Assembly (NCBI GenBank): GCA_001687465.1
Contig: LVLI01000336.1
Location: 124,001 to 150,775 of the forward strand
Source of the DNA: Halocafeteria seosinensis
Lineage: Eukaryota
Direction: 5' to 3'
DNA length: 26,775 bases
The notes beneath the pieces are model-generated. The model ran no database searches. It worked only from the letters and a program-made list of their open reading frames with translations, and was not told the DNA's origin. Shown here one piece after another: positions 1-11,694 of this stretch. The first letter of the stretch is position 1. Every line of letters begins with the position of its first letter. The position numbers were made by a program, and so were the translations under genes.

Positions 1-806
1 CTTCGCGTTTGCCTCCAGTGCACAGAGAATTTTCCAACTGGTATGCCGTTAATCATGCACAATGAACATGAGTGTTATTTTTCATTTGACTGTGAGTGTG
101 AATAGAGAACTGGTCCCACAGATCTTCGGGATCTTGGAAAAAACATAGTTTAGGAGTTTCACCTGTGTAGCTGTTACCTAAAATTGAAGAGTGCTTAAAA
201 ATCGAGCATCAATCCCCTGTGACATTGCGAAATAACGCGGGCATGCATTGCATGGGAGATGCCGTTCGAGGAGCACCAAAACCGCAACAGAAATTGAAAA
301 CTGTTTCGGCTCGGGGCGTGTGGCACGCCAACTAGCCTCCCTGTAACGAGGATGATAACAGAAACTTTGCCACAGGAGAATTGGAGTCGCTCGCATACTG
401 TTAGATGTTTAATAGAGGTTCATGTAAGCTCCATGGAGCACATAGAGAGCTTTCGGTTTTTGTCTAGCGTGGGGCGGGCCATGCTGCGCTGTGGCGGGGC
501 CGTTGTTGGGTAGTCTCGGGTCGAGGCACGGGTTGAATGGCCGGCGGCGGCGGGAGAAAGGACGTCTTGAGGGGTATTCTTGGCGTATACCTAGCTTATA
601 CGAGTTATTAAGGTGTCATAATTGACATGACACTTGGTTTGTCTGATTGCTTGGAGATGATTTTACTTTATCAAAAGGGTAAAATCTCTCGGGAAAAGCA
701 CTCAATACACATTTAAGAGGTGGTCTTGACCCCTCACACTTTTACGACGACAAAAACAAGAGCCTATTCAACACTTGTAGGAGCCTTACAGCGCTCCTCG
801 TTCTGC

Positions 807-3411
807 ATGATGATGGTAAATCACACAGAGACGTTTGCACATCATTCCTCTGCAGCCTCAGCCACTTCGGCAGCTGTATGGGAAGCTGGAAAGAGTGGGA
901 ATTATGGCTTGGAGCAACAACAGCAACGCCATACTTCTAACGGTGTCATGTCCTCTTCCCCCGCTACCAAAGCCACAGAAGGACATTCGACTTCACCCTA
1001 TTTTTCAGTTGCAGCGTCGTCCGCTTCGCGAAGTGCCGGAATGGCCTCAAATTCAAATGCGCGACAGAAACGAACCACCAGTCCTTCTGCAGCTCGCTCT
1101 GGTCAGGAAGCTCACTCGACAGCGGCGGAAACAACGAGAGCATCGCATGCCACGATGAGCTCTAGTGCTGTCGGCAACAACCTTTCCCATGGGCATCAGA
1201 CTGAAAAGAAGCCGAGTCGTCATCCACCACAGAATGGGCGAATCAGCCATCAACCAATAAAGTTTCAGAAGGTGCAAATCGCCGCTCCAAAAGGTCAAGC
1301 TCCCGTTCCCAAGAAGCGAGCCGAGGATAATGAGTCTGAACTAATGGATCAATATAGACAGTCTCTAGGAACGAAAACTATGAATTGCGCCAGGGGATTG
1401 GACAACTTGGGGCACAGCTGCTTTCTAAACAGTGTTGTGCAAGCAGCATTTTTTCACAATCCAATCATGCTTCATAACTTCCTGATTGCCCACCCAGAAG
1501 ACATCTGTCAGGCATCCAGGAATGACGAACCACTCCCAGTAGCAGCAGACGTCGACACGCTCCTCGGAGAAGGCGGAGAGCGGAAGGCCAAGGGGAGCCA
1601 AGCCGGTGCTAAGCGGAAGGAGAATAGTGAAGGTGGGGATCAAGATATGGAAGAAGGACACGGATCTAGGAGGAGGATAAGCAGCTGTTTGGCTTGCGAA
1701 ATGTCCAGAGCATTCCACGAATGCATCTTGTTCCCGGTGGGAGAGCGCAATCACAGTCATGACAAACCGAATACCACAGTCAATGATGCAAACACTGATC
1801 CTGTGACGTCTACGTATCAGTATTCCAAGAAGCATAATTTTGCTACGTATAGCAAGCAACGTGATTTCGTCCTTCCGGACGAGGTTGAGGATGACGAGCG
1901 TATGGTAGATACTGATGCCCGCGCTTCCGAATTGGTCAGTGTACCATTGTTCGGTGCAATGGGACTGAGCATGTCTACCGAAGGATCCAGCGAAGAGCGG
2001 AAGCAAGGCGATGCATTTGCGTTTTTACTCCGTTCAATGCTTCCAAACACAGTGGAAAAATCGTTTCCGGAATGGTTACCGGACACGTTTGATACGATTC
2101 TCGAAATGTCGAAGAAGAAGTCCGCGACAGAGAAGGGAAAAGATGCGGCTACCATGCAAGTCCTTACAGGGTCGAAACACGCGAAGGTAAATGTAAGCTC
2201 TTTTCGGCCTCGAAGATTATATAGTGCCTTCCGGGAAGTTGCTCCATCACTCGCTGATGGCGAACAGCAAGATGCTCATGAATGCTACTCCGCATTGCTA
2301 GATAGCTTTTATGAAGCGCAACGGAATGCACAGAAGTATGCTTTGAGTGAGCTAGGGGCGAACCCAGAGAAGGTAGAAACTAGTTTCATTGAGCCGTTTG
2401 AAGGACAACTCGTGACCAAACGCGCCTGCACCCATTGCGCCGAGACTACCACCAAACCTGAGAAATTCCGCGAGCTGTCGCTGCAATTGCGGGATGACAG
2501 TAAGAACGCCACAGCTGACGAGAAGAAGAAACGGAACAAGGAAGACGACGACGATGAAGAAGATTCCGGAAAACCAAAGAATTCATGGAGTTTGCAGAGC
2601 CTGTTAGCGAATTTCGCATTACCGGAAGTACTTTCTGAGTAAGTATCGCACTCTTCATACCAATCGGATATTGATTTGTGAAATTACCAAACGTTCCTCA
2701 CAATTATTGGTTTACAGCAATGAGCGAGTTCACTGTAGTAAATGCGGGACGCTACGAGATGCCCGAATGCAATTAGCTGTGAGGAAACTTCCCGCCATAT
2801 TATGTCTACACCTGAAGCGCTTCGAACACATCATTTACAACCAGGGTGACGACCAAACCTCTAGCGAAGCTGATGCAGATGGGGACTTTGCCGAGGATTA
2901 CACTTCTGGTCGACGCACCGCGAGGAAACGCAGGAGAGCTGCCAGTGCCTCCTCAGGTCCCAAAATCCGGCATAAGAAGGTTGATACCCATGTGTCCTTC
3001 GACGTACGAGGTTTAGATCTGAGCTGCTGCGTGGAGGACCAAATTTTCGCGGAGAGTGGAAAGAAGAATGGGAAAATGCCTCAAGGAGACCCTGATGAAT
3101 ATAAGTATGATCTATTTGCGCTCGTAGAGCACACTGGAAGTATCAATCGTGGCCATTATATCGCCTACGTTAGAGCTCCCTGTCGAGGATACAGCATCAC
3201 GAAGCCCTCTGAGAATAAAGGCAATTCCTCAGCGGGTTTTGTGCCTCAGGGGCCTTTTATGTGGTTTAAATACGATGATAGCAAAGTATCTCGTGTGGCC
3301 GAGGACTATGTGCTACAGCGCAATGCCTACATGTTGTACTACATGCGTCGAAAGGACGCGAAGCGTTTAGGTGCTCAAGGCCTTGCCGATTCCGAAGGAG
3401 CAGCTCAGTGA
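807..3411 (+). CDS. Ubiquitin carboxyl-terminal hydrolase, peptidase C19/USP family, USP22/Ubp8-like (2 exons: 807-2638, 2718-3411; ~841 aa; start codon uncertain)
   Basis: Cys box GLDNLGHSCFLNSVVQA, USP22-type CLACEM motif, QQDAHE, CxxC pairs (CTHC, CSKC), LCLHLKRF, His box YDLFALVEHTGSINRGHYIAYV, WFKYDD and AYMLYY. A GT-AG intron at 2639-2717 (gtaagt...tttacag, 79 nt) joins the two ORFs in frame (LSD-NERVHC). Confidence 0.93.
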
Positions 3412-3667
3412 AGTTGCCCTTGCGTCATAGCATTGGTATCTAGAACGAAATAACACTACCCTATGCGTCAAAGAATTCCACTTTTTTGTGAAGGTCATTC
3501 TCCCAACACCCTCACTGCTGTAGATTTCCCTGGACTACCCTTTTTGCTGTTTCTCACATGTTCAATGTTCAACAAGATTTGTTGGAGAAAAGAAGAATTC
3601 TACTTGACGGTTCCTCTCGTTCTCCTATCTCTGTATACACTTGCCTTCCTGTGTGTGGCTGCACACT

Positions 3668-6268
3668 ATGTCGGGTGATTCTGAGGACACGTTGCAACGC
3701 GTACGCGATGCTTTGCTGCATGCGCAGACCTGTATGTCGCGGGATCCTAATGAGGAAACGCGGCAATACACTGAGAGATTGATCCAAAAAGCGAAGAATT
3801 TAGGCGATTCTTCTTCTCTTTCGGAGCAGAATGAGGACATCAAAGACCTCCTTTCGCGATTTGAAGGCCGCCTCCAGTTCGGGACAGCTGGCCTGCGAGG
3901 ACCCATGGGAGCTGGTTCCATGTGTATGAACGATCTGACAGTCATTCAAGCGACACAGGTAAGCAACAACTCCTATCAGGAATTCCTCGTCCTAAGAGGA
4001 ATTCTTTCTACTTATTTGATGTTTATTTCATATGCTTACAGGGGCTTATTTCGTACCTATTGATGCAATTCGGATCCGAAGCCAAATCCATGGGTGTGGT
4101 TCTGGGATACGATCATCGCACGAGAGGTTCCCTGAGTTCCAAACACTTTGCAGCTTTAGCTGCCAGAGCGCTGCGTTTAAAAGACTTTAAAGTGTATTTG
4201 GCAGACAGGATCGTCTGTACGCCGTGGGTGGTAAGTGCCTACGCGTTCCCTCTCTCTTATGTCTGAGGAATGGAAACTGACATCTATTGCAGCCTTTCAT
4301 GGTGGAGCAAAGAGCTGCCGGTGCTGGTGTGATGATTACTGCCTCCCATAATCCTAAAGAAGACAATGGATACAAAGTCTATTGGGCGAATGGCTCCCAA
4401 ATTATACCCCCGCATGATAAAGGCATCGCCGCTCAGATTGACGCCTCCCAAGAACCCTGGGATATTGACCAGTACAAAAACACGACATTCGAGACTATCA
4501 CGAAGGAAGTAGACATCATGTTTACCGAGGAATCTATCCATTCCTACTTAGATACAATTCGCGACAAGTTGCGTTCCAGCGCCGAGGCCAACGTTCAATC
4601 AAAGAAGGACATCGTCTACACAGCAATGCACGGAGTGGGCACACCATTTGTTCAAGCAATCTTCGAAAGATTCAATTTGCCTCCCCCAATACTGGTTGAG
4701 GAACAATGCGAACCCGATGCCAATTTTTCAACAAGTAAGTATTTTGAGCTGTCCATCTTGTTCTGACCGACAGAGACCTCACCCACCCCGCGGGATGCAG
4801 TCAAGTTCCCTAACCCCGAAGAAGGAAAAGGGGCCTTATCGCTGGCGATGAAACGCGCTGAAGAGAAAGATGCATCGATCATTTTCGCTAACGATCCTGA
4901 TGCTGACCGTTTGGCTCTCGCTGAGAAGTTGAGCGAACGAGCGGCCTCCCGCGATAACTACAGGTCAGGGAATGCTGGGGACTGGAGAGTGTTCACGGGA
5001 AATGAAATTGCAGCCATGCTTGCTTCTTGGCAGTGGAAGAAGTATGATTACGCGTGGTTTATGGACGTTGTTTTTAGATAGAAGTGAGCGATCACTTAAC
5101 ACTCATTTTTGATGTGCAGGCACAATGCCAAGCATGGCTCGGGAAAAGACTACTACATGCTGGCATCTACGGTCAGCAGCAAGATGATCCGAGAAATGGC
5201 TCGAAAAGAAGGGTTCAATTTTGTCGAGACGTTGACCGGGTAAGTTAACCTACCGTCCTTTTCATAAGACTAGTGTTATACTTGTACGATTTCGTCAATA
5301 CGTATCTGTACCAGGTTCAAGTGGATGGGCAACAAAGCAGCAGACCTGGAGAAAGAGGGCAAGACTGTAGGATTTGCCTTCGAAGAAGCAATCGGGTTTT
5401 GCGTTGGCGATGTTGTAAAGGATAAAGTGTGTATTCCTATATGTATGAACAAAGCGCGTTTCATGGAGTGAGTTGGGTTTTTCGAGTGCAAACGCAGGAT
5501 GGTGTTTCAGCAGCCGCGGTCTTCGGAGAAATCGTAGCACACCTCAGTCAACGAGGTATCAGTATCAGCGAGTATATGTCAGAACTATACGAGACCTATG
5601 GACACTTCATTACCAACAACAAGTACGCGTTCGTCTTATCCCTTTGCTTATTGTATTCGATTGACACTGTCACCAATTGGTCTTCCAGATATCTGTTTGT
5701 TGATGACGCGAAGAAAACAAAAGCAATTTTTCGAAGACTTTACAACGAGGGGCATTATTGGCATACATTTGGACGGTGGGCAATTCAACGTGGGTGCTGA
5801 ACTCCAAAGCATCATTAATGCTATGGTGACTTAATTCATGCTGGTTACCCTCCGAACTGCAGATATTCGTGATCTTACTTCCCCGGGTATTGATACTTCG
5901 CAATCTGATAACAAGCCTGTGTTGCCAGTATCCTCGAGCTCCTATATGGTCACGTAAGTATCCGTGTTTTTTATTTCGTCGGTCGAACTATACCAATACC
6001 GTTAATGTCTTCGTTCAGCTATACTCTAAGTAACGGCTGTGTTATAACCCTAAGGACCAGCGGGACAGAGCCAAAATTGAAGTATTATTGCGAATATTTC
6101 GGTGAGAGTCCCGAAGAAACTGAAAAGTATGTAACCCCGCCACAATACTATCGGCTGTTCAACATTCATTCAGTACTTGGTTGCAGAGAGCTGAATGAGA
6201 TAGTGGAAGCGGTTATAGCAGAAATGTTACAGCCCGAAGTACATGGCCTCAAACGGCCAGAAGAATAG
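3668..6268 (+). CDS. PGM2: Phosphoglucomutase-2/phosphopentomutase (alpha-D-phosphohexomutase family), 11 exons: 3668-3958, 4042-4230, 4293-4734, 4801-5041, 5120-5239, 5315-5426, 5498-5622, 5689-5789, 5863-5953, 6019-6126, 6187-6268 (~633 aa)
   Basis: Motifs [13 protein letters not shown], catalytic [29 protein letters not shown], metal loop [28 protein letters not shown] and [12 protein letters not shown]. Ten GT-AG introns of 60-83 nt all restore the frame, and the total CDS is 1902 nt. Confidence 0.95.
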
Positions 6269-7911
6269 TTCAAAAACAGAAATAGGTTGTAGTCTATTCA
6301 ATAGTACACCTGTGTCATTATAATCGCTGAATGCCTCCCAGTGGCAAAGTGGTTTGGAAGTAGCACCCATCCTAGGTCTCCCGACGACATCTCTTCCATC
6401 CCTAGGAAAATATATGGATTCCCGACATGGAACAGGTCGGCCGGGATATCGAGCAGAGTCGATTACGTCGTTTAGAAAAGGACGCGGGCCGCAGACTTAC
6501 GGAGGAGGAAAAGAGACAGCATGGAATCCCAGGGCCCAACGAAGAAATTTTAAGGCTGCCAGGTTCGTTTCTACGGCGTCATTTGCTCCAAAAACAACGT
6601 CCGTAAACATCCTTTGGTCTGTATTCAGTAGTGACACATCTCAGATGACTTCGAAGGCAGGAATGCCATACTCGCTAACAGTAACGCAGTGCTGGTTGCT
6701 GCGACGTTTCACCTGTACAACGAGTCTACACAGTCGTGGAAAAAAGCTTCCGGCTTCCTAAAACACGCACATCCCGACATTGACAGCCCAGGAAGACCCT
6801 CTTGATGGATGGGCAAAAAGTGAAGCCAAAGCGGTCGAAGTCACCTTCTCTCACGTAGGACCATTTATCTGCTCAAACCACAGAGGTGACCAGAGTAGGG
6901 CACCAGATGAAGAGGCTGCATCAAGAGATAGTGCCCGCTTGTAATCAGGACAGGTGTATGACAAGGCAAGTGGAACAGCTCAAGGAAAGTTAACCGAAGC
7001 CCAGTGCAACAAATTAATCAGTTCCTCTTCCAATCTCAAAGGCGTAACGGCGCAGGCGGCGTAGATATGATCGGCTGCCATTCTGCCCAGCTAGTAGAGA
7101 GTATGAACCAAGCATTGATGGGTCCGAGGTTGTCAGCTGTTTGAAGCCTTGTTGACAACGAATAAGGGCCACCCTCAACAATGGCGACATCCCAACTCCG
7201 TTTGGGAAAGAAATCCTGGAGAACAGCATCGCAAATATGCTTCCTCTCGCCCTGTAAATTGACAGTCTTGCCTACCATACCCTGGCGAGTGTCCCCTCAT
7301 CCCAATTTTCTTGGATCCGTCGCGTCTGTTATGTTTCCAAACCCTCAACCGTACCAAGGGTAAGAGAGAGTTGGATGTGCGACCCTGTTGATGTCTTGTT
7401 TGCATGTCCTCCCATCCCAACTCTTCCCAACTGTCGCTTATCCATTGGATGTTCCTCCTATCGTCCTGTCTGGTCGACGGCATTACAATAATGCCTGTAT
7501 CTCGCCAGCAAGTTCGGGTGCCACATACCTCTTTCACATGCCATACATATGGCGGAACTTCATTGTTTCAAGCCTGTCGTATACCCCACTGGGACCCCCA
7601 GACACTGTTGTGCATCGGCTTGCGTGCAATTGATAATCAGCTGGGGGACAAGCCTTTCTTTTCTGAAAGGTGGCTAAATCGTTTCTTCGTGTTTACCACC
7701 ACAAAGTGGGCCACTTCAAATGGCACGAAATTCCCACGAATGGCGTGTTACAGGGGTGTAACAGCGCACCGAGTCGATCGACGGCGTCGATTCGACGCTC
7801 TTCAACCTGTTGGTTTTATCGGGCATCTACACACATGTAGACACGTGATAGATTGATTACATCTCGGTTCCCCAAATCTAGTCCGTCGTCCGTAAGCATC
7901 GCACTAATTCC

Positions 7912-9621
7912 ATGATGATGCTCAGAAGGATATGTGCTGGGACGGGCAGGGGCCGTGCATCCACGCCGTGGCTGTTGACACCACTTCAGGCTCGCTGTTG
8001 CACCAACTCTCCCGTTGTGGCGTCGAAAAAAGACTGGAAGCATGCGAGGCAGTGGGGTGTTCTTGTTTCCTCAATTGTGGGTTCTTCTTTGACTGTTTTC
8101 TTCTTGGACAAATGGTACAAACATCACGAAAAAGCCCAAGAAGTGTCCCGACGGAACGAGGAGCTCCAAAGCGCTATCAGACTGCCCCTTGAGACATGGA
8201 AACGTAGCCGTCGCGAAGCCCGAAAGAGGAACTTTTATGCCGCTGGCTGGCTGGCAACAAGTTGCTGCATTAACTTGGACAGAATACTCGCCGATATTCC
8301 CGACGAAAAACGCGGTATACTTCTGAAGACGCACTCTTCCGTGACCGATGTCATCCACTTGAAGAACTTCTTCCACCTTGAAGCAGCAAACAACTACATG
8401 AACTATGCTCAGCTCAACACAAAGAGAGTTGGTGAAAAGTTAGCGCATTCTGAATTGGAGAAGATCCGGTATGATTCCACCGCACCCTCTGCGGTTAGGG
8501 GAAGGCAGTATTTCCTGGGAGCTAGTACCGCAGAATTCGATGAAAGTGTACTCCTCGAGTTGTATGGGTTGGCTGAGAGTGAATTGTCGTGGGTAAAAAG
8601 GAGCTATCACGAGAAGCAAGACGGCGCTGGTGTACGAGCCACGAGCAAATTGCTAGCCGATGTACTCAACAATCAAGGTATCGCTGCTTATGGAGAAGGA
8701 GCAGTAAGCGCTTCCTATTTCGACTCGGCCAGAGCTCACATGGATAATTATCTTTCTATTGAGGACATTAAGAAGAATTATGCAATGCTTAGTGATGACA
8801 ACAAGGTGAAAATATTGTGTGCACTCGCTGAAGGTAACGTACTCGACGAAAGCACCGCACAGCAAGTGGATGATCTTGTAAAACGCTTTCCCCTCCCGGA
8901 TCCTTTCAGAAGTATCGTTTCAAAGTTAATGTCCGAGCAAGACAGAAGGGCACATGGGGTAGACGAGCTAGCAAACGCTCTGCAGCGATCACTGCAGATA
9001 CGCCTTAATCAAATCCTGTACCCATGCGCGAGCGTCCCGACGAAAACGTCACTAGAAACTCTAGAGACTACGTTGAGGGAAATTTTTGAGGGATGTGAAG
9101 GTTATGAAGAGAAGTGCCTGCTGTGGAGCAAGGCATGTTTGGTCCTCAACGGGAAGTGGTTCCACAATGAGGGTGTCCATTTGGCCTTGCTCGCTCTTGC
9201 AATCGTTGCTACTGAAATTAGCAATCGAAGTGGTTGGAGCGGCAGTGAGGATACTGATGAGTACCTTCGCTTCGCGGAGGAATGTTTAGAACCGAAATAC
9301 TCTGTTGGAGCGTACCAAAGGAAGGTCCCTCCTTTTTTCAAGGCTATGACGGAATTTTGCAAGGGCAAGGTTGCGCTTTCCAAGTTCAAGAAAGAAAAGG
9401 CAGAGCAGCACTTGCGAGCATGTGAAAAACTCTGTGCGAATGGAGATAAGCGGTCTATCCGCTTGCGTCATGCGGTCAAAGACCTGCGAAATTTTCATGA
9501 GTCTGGTGTTTTGATGGCGGTGGAGGAACCCAGGGAGCTAGACATTAGCAAGCTTCGCGAGTACAAGAAGAAAATTGAGAACATTGAGAACTGGTACATT
9601 ACGCATAACTGGCGCAACTAA
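7912..9621 (+). CDS. Uncharacterised 569-aa protein, probably mitochondrial-targeted, with one TM helix and a helical (possibly TPR-like) body
   Basis: Long single-exon ORF. The N-terminus is Arg-rich and acid-poor (MMMLRRICAGTGRGRAS...), followed by a hydrophobic segment WGVLVSSIVGSSLTVFFL. LADVLNNQGIAAY is a TPR-like segment. No family recognised. Confidence 0.75.
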   Translation: MMMLRRICAGTGRGRASTPWLLTPLQARCCTNSPVVASKKDWKHARQWGVLVSSIVGSSLTVFFLDKWYKHHEKAQEVSRRNEELQSAIRLPLETWKRSRREARKRNFYAAGWLATSCCINLDRILADIPDEKRGILLKTHSSVTDVIHLKNFFHLEAANNYMNYAQLNTKRVGEKLAHSELEKIRYDSTAPSAVRGRQYFLGASTAEFDESVLLELYGLAESELSWVKRSYHEKQDGAGVRATSKLLADVLNNQGIAAYGEGAVSASYFDSARAHMDNYLSIEDIKKNYAMLSDDNKVKILCALAEGNVLDESTAQQVDDLVKRFPLPDPFRSIVSKLMSEQDRRAHGVDELANALQRSLQIRLNQILYPCASVPTKTSLETLETTLREIFEGCEGYEEKCLLWSKACLVLNGKWFHNEGVHLALLALAIVATEISNRSGWSGSEDTDEYLRFAEECLEPKYSVGAYQRKVPPFFKAMTEFCKGKVALSKFKKEKAEQHLRACEKLCANGDKRSIRLRHAVKDLRNFHESGVLMAVEEPRELDISKLREYKKKIENIENWYITHNWRN

Positions 9622-10223
9622 TTGAAGAGTAACCTCGAAGAGGTGTAGCTACTCCATAACACAAGCCAAGGAAGTAGAAGCTCGACCGCAGTCACGGGGA
9701 ACCTCCAGCGATAACCTTCATTCTATTTCGAGGCTCCGCGAATCGGACACCATTCCTGGTGGAATAGATGGAAGCCTGGAAAACAAAAATAAATGCCGAA
9801 TCAAAGTATATACACGGCTTAATGATTAAGAGCTGCCTCTAAGAGAGCTGTGTACACTGAATTAAATGAGTTCGAACTTTTGTCTGTAATCTATTCATAG
9901 ACACAACCATGCCGTTTACAGTCGCTGACCCTACAAACAGCAACTTGGTATGAATATAAGTTTTTCTACCCTTGGAACATCGTACTCGCGTCCCTCCTTC
10001 CTTCCCGCTCATGTAAGTCTACAATGAGAGTTAGCTATCCTTTACAGCTTCAAATTTACTGGTAGCCTCGATATACAGCTGGATCCGCAGCAGGGGCCCG
10101 CAAACCGATTGGGCGATGAACACAGTCCAGCATGTCAATTAGTCGGAGGGCAGTGCTTCGCATCAATCCAATTGGGCCGCTGGTTTCGTCTCCTGTTTGC
10201 TTGGTCAAACAGTCCTCACCAAT

Positions 10224-11694
10224 TTATCTGTGGAAAACCACATGGTTCCTTAACAACGCAGGCGATAAATTCAAAGGCTCTTGCGGGATACTACCGATGC
10301 GTAGATGTAATCCCCATGAAGTAGGCTCCTTTTGGGGCATGGGGCCTTGACCAGGAACCACTTTAGGTGCAGGTTGAACTGTCCCATGAACACCGAACCT
10401 TACGTTGCTAAGCAACCGCCGTTCAAAGTACACCTTGCAAGTTTGGTTATTGTCGATACTGCCCATCATTACACTTCTCGTTCGCGGAAAGCGGATCCTA
10501 TATCCTGCGAAGATTTTACTCGTCCATTCGCGTAAATCAACTTCTGTCTTTGCGACGAGAGTCGTATGCTCAGTGACGTTCCTCTGGTAAGCCAACTGGA
10601 TGTTGTCTCCTTGCTTTATTGGTACCGGTCTATGCCACCCCAACAATACACGATTCAATCGGTCTGCCAGACAAAGCCGTAAAACGCCACTGAAACCAAT
10701 AATTATTTCTCTCGACGCTTTAACGTACCTGAGTAAGAGCAGCCGACAGAGAAATAGAAAGGGCGGCCATCGGTGGCTTGGCCCTGTTGTAAGTTTAAGA
10801 AGTTGTTTTTGTCCATCATTCCTTCACCACCAACCAGTATCCGGTTCCAAATCCCAAATGACCCTAACCGTTGTAAATACGAAATATGAGCCTGTGAGGA
10901 AAGGCACGAACTTCGTTCTCCCAACGACGGTCGGGTAAGCAGCTCTCAATCAACACTTACAATATTAAAGTTTGCTAATTTGAAGGAAGCTGTGTAGTCC
11001 GTTCCTGTATAGGATGACGATATGCAGTTGTATATATTTCCGTTTGGTTTTGCCCACAGTGCCACTCGTGATTTGAAGGCGCTCGTGAACTGCTTTTCTA
11101 GTGTTGATATGGCATCTCCATTGGTGCCAACTGTAGCCGTGCCTAGTGTACGGTATCCCTGCGTATCCAACCAGCCGAGACAGCACCGCTGTACAGTACA
11201 GAAATCTCCCGGCATGCGCAGTCATAAACGTACTTCCGGACTCCTCTTGGAGAGATATGCTCCTAAATGGTACGATCGAGTTCCATTGGGTGGGTCCGGG
11301 GGTGGTGCAAATGGGTTCTGAGAAGGCGGCCGAGATTCATATCGTAGCCTGCACAGACGTAAATAAACACACAGTTACCCCCCAAAGCCGGTAATATCCC
11401 TTATATACAGCATAAGCACGTGTATACGATGAAGATCACAACTGAGGCGTGAAGTTTTCCACGTGATACCGCTATACACGCCCATTCCCACCACGATATG
11501 GACGGATTACGATATACACATGGACACCAAGTTATGACATACCCATGTAAAAGTCCGAATTCCTTGTTTATGGGGGCCTGTGCATCAATTTTCAAGGACT
11601 TAGAGGCCTTCTTGGGGTGGGCAATGTCATTGACCACGTTCCATATCTCCTCGTATGGTCCTACGCGGCCATACAAGTCCGCTTCAAAATCCAT
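10224..11694 (-). CDS. TOM40: Divergent TOM40-family mitochondrial outer-membrane beta-barrel, 5 exons (minus strand): 11694-11543, 11348-11234, 11158-10961, 10891-10729, 10663-10224 (~355 aa)
   Basis: The spliced product has the TOM40 motifs in order: N-terminal GPYEEI helix, YTGTDYTASFKLAN, SYLQ...GGE, LAYQRNV, GYRIRF and GSIDNNQTCKVYFERRL. Four GT-AG introns (194, 75, 69, 65 nt) keep the frame, and the total CDS is 1068 nt. Confidence 0.8.

Noticed and set aside
1..151. Possible last intron (41-121, gtatgc...cacag) and terminal exon of a gene entering from the left
   Set aside because: Two frames are equally plausible, the peptides are short and unrecognisable, and there is too little context.
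470..556. G-rich tract upstream of the USP gene (GC boxes or G-quadruplex)
   Set aside because: The loops between G-runs are long and the transcription start is unknown, so no function can be supported.
3978..4006. 11-bp hairpin (aggaattcctc/gaggaattctt) in PGM2 intron 1
   Set aside because: Single occurrence built on a palindromic GAATTC core, with no TSD or second copy to suggest a MITE or introner.
11418..11480. Plus-strand ATGAAGA...CTGA...GTGAAGT...GTGA pattern inside a hairpin, resembling a C/D RNA
   Set aside because: It is antisense to the TOM40 host, and the spacers are only 6-7 nt, too short for guides.
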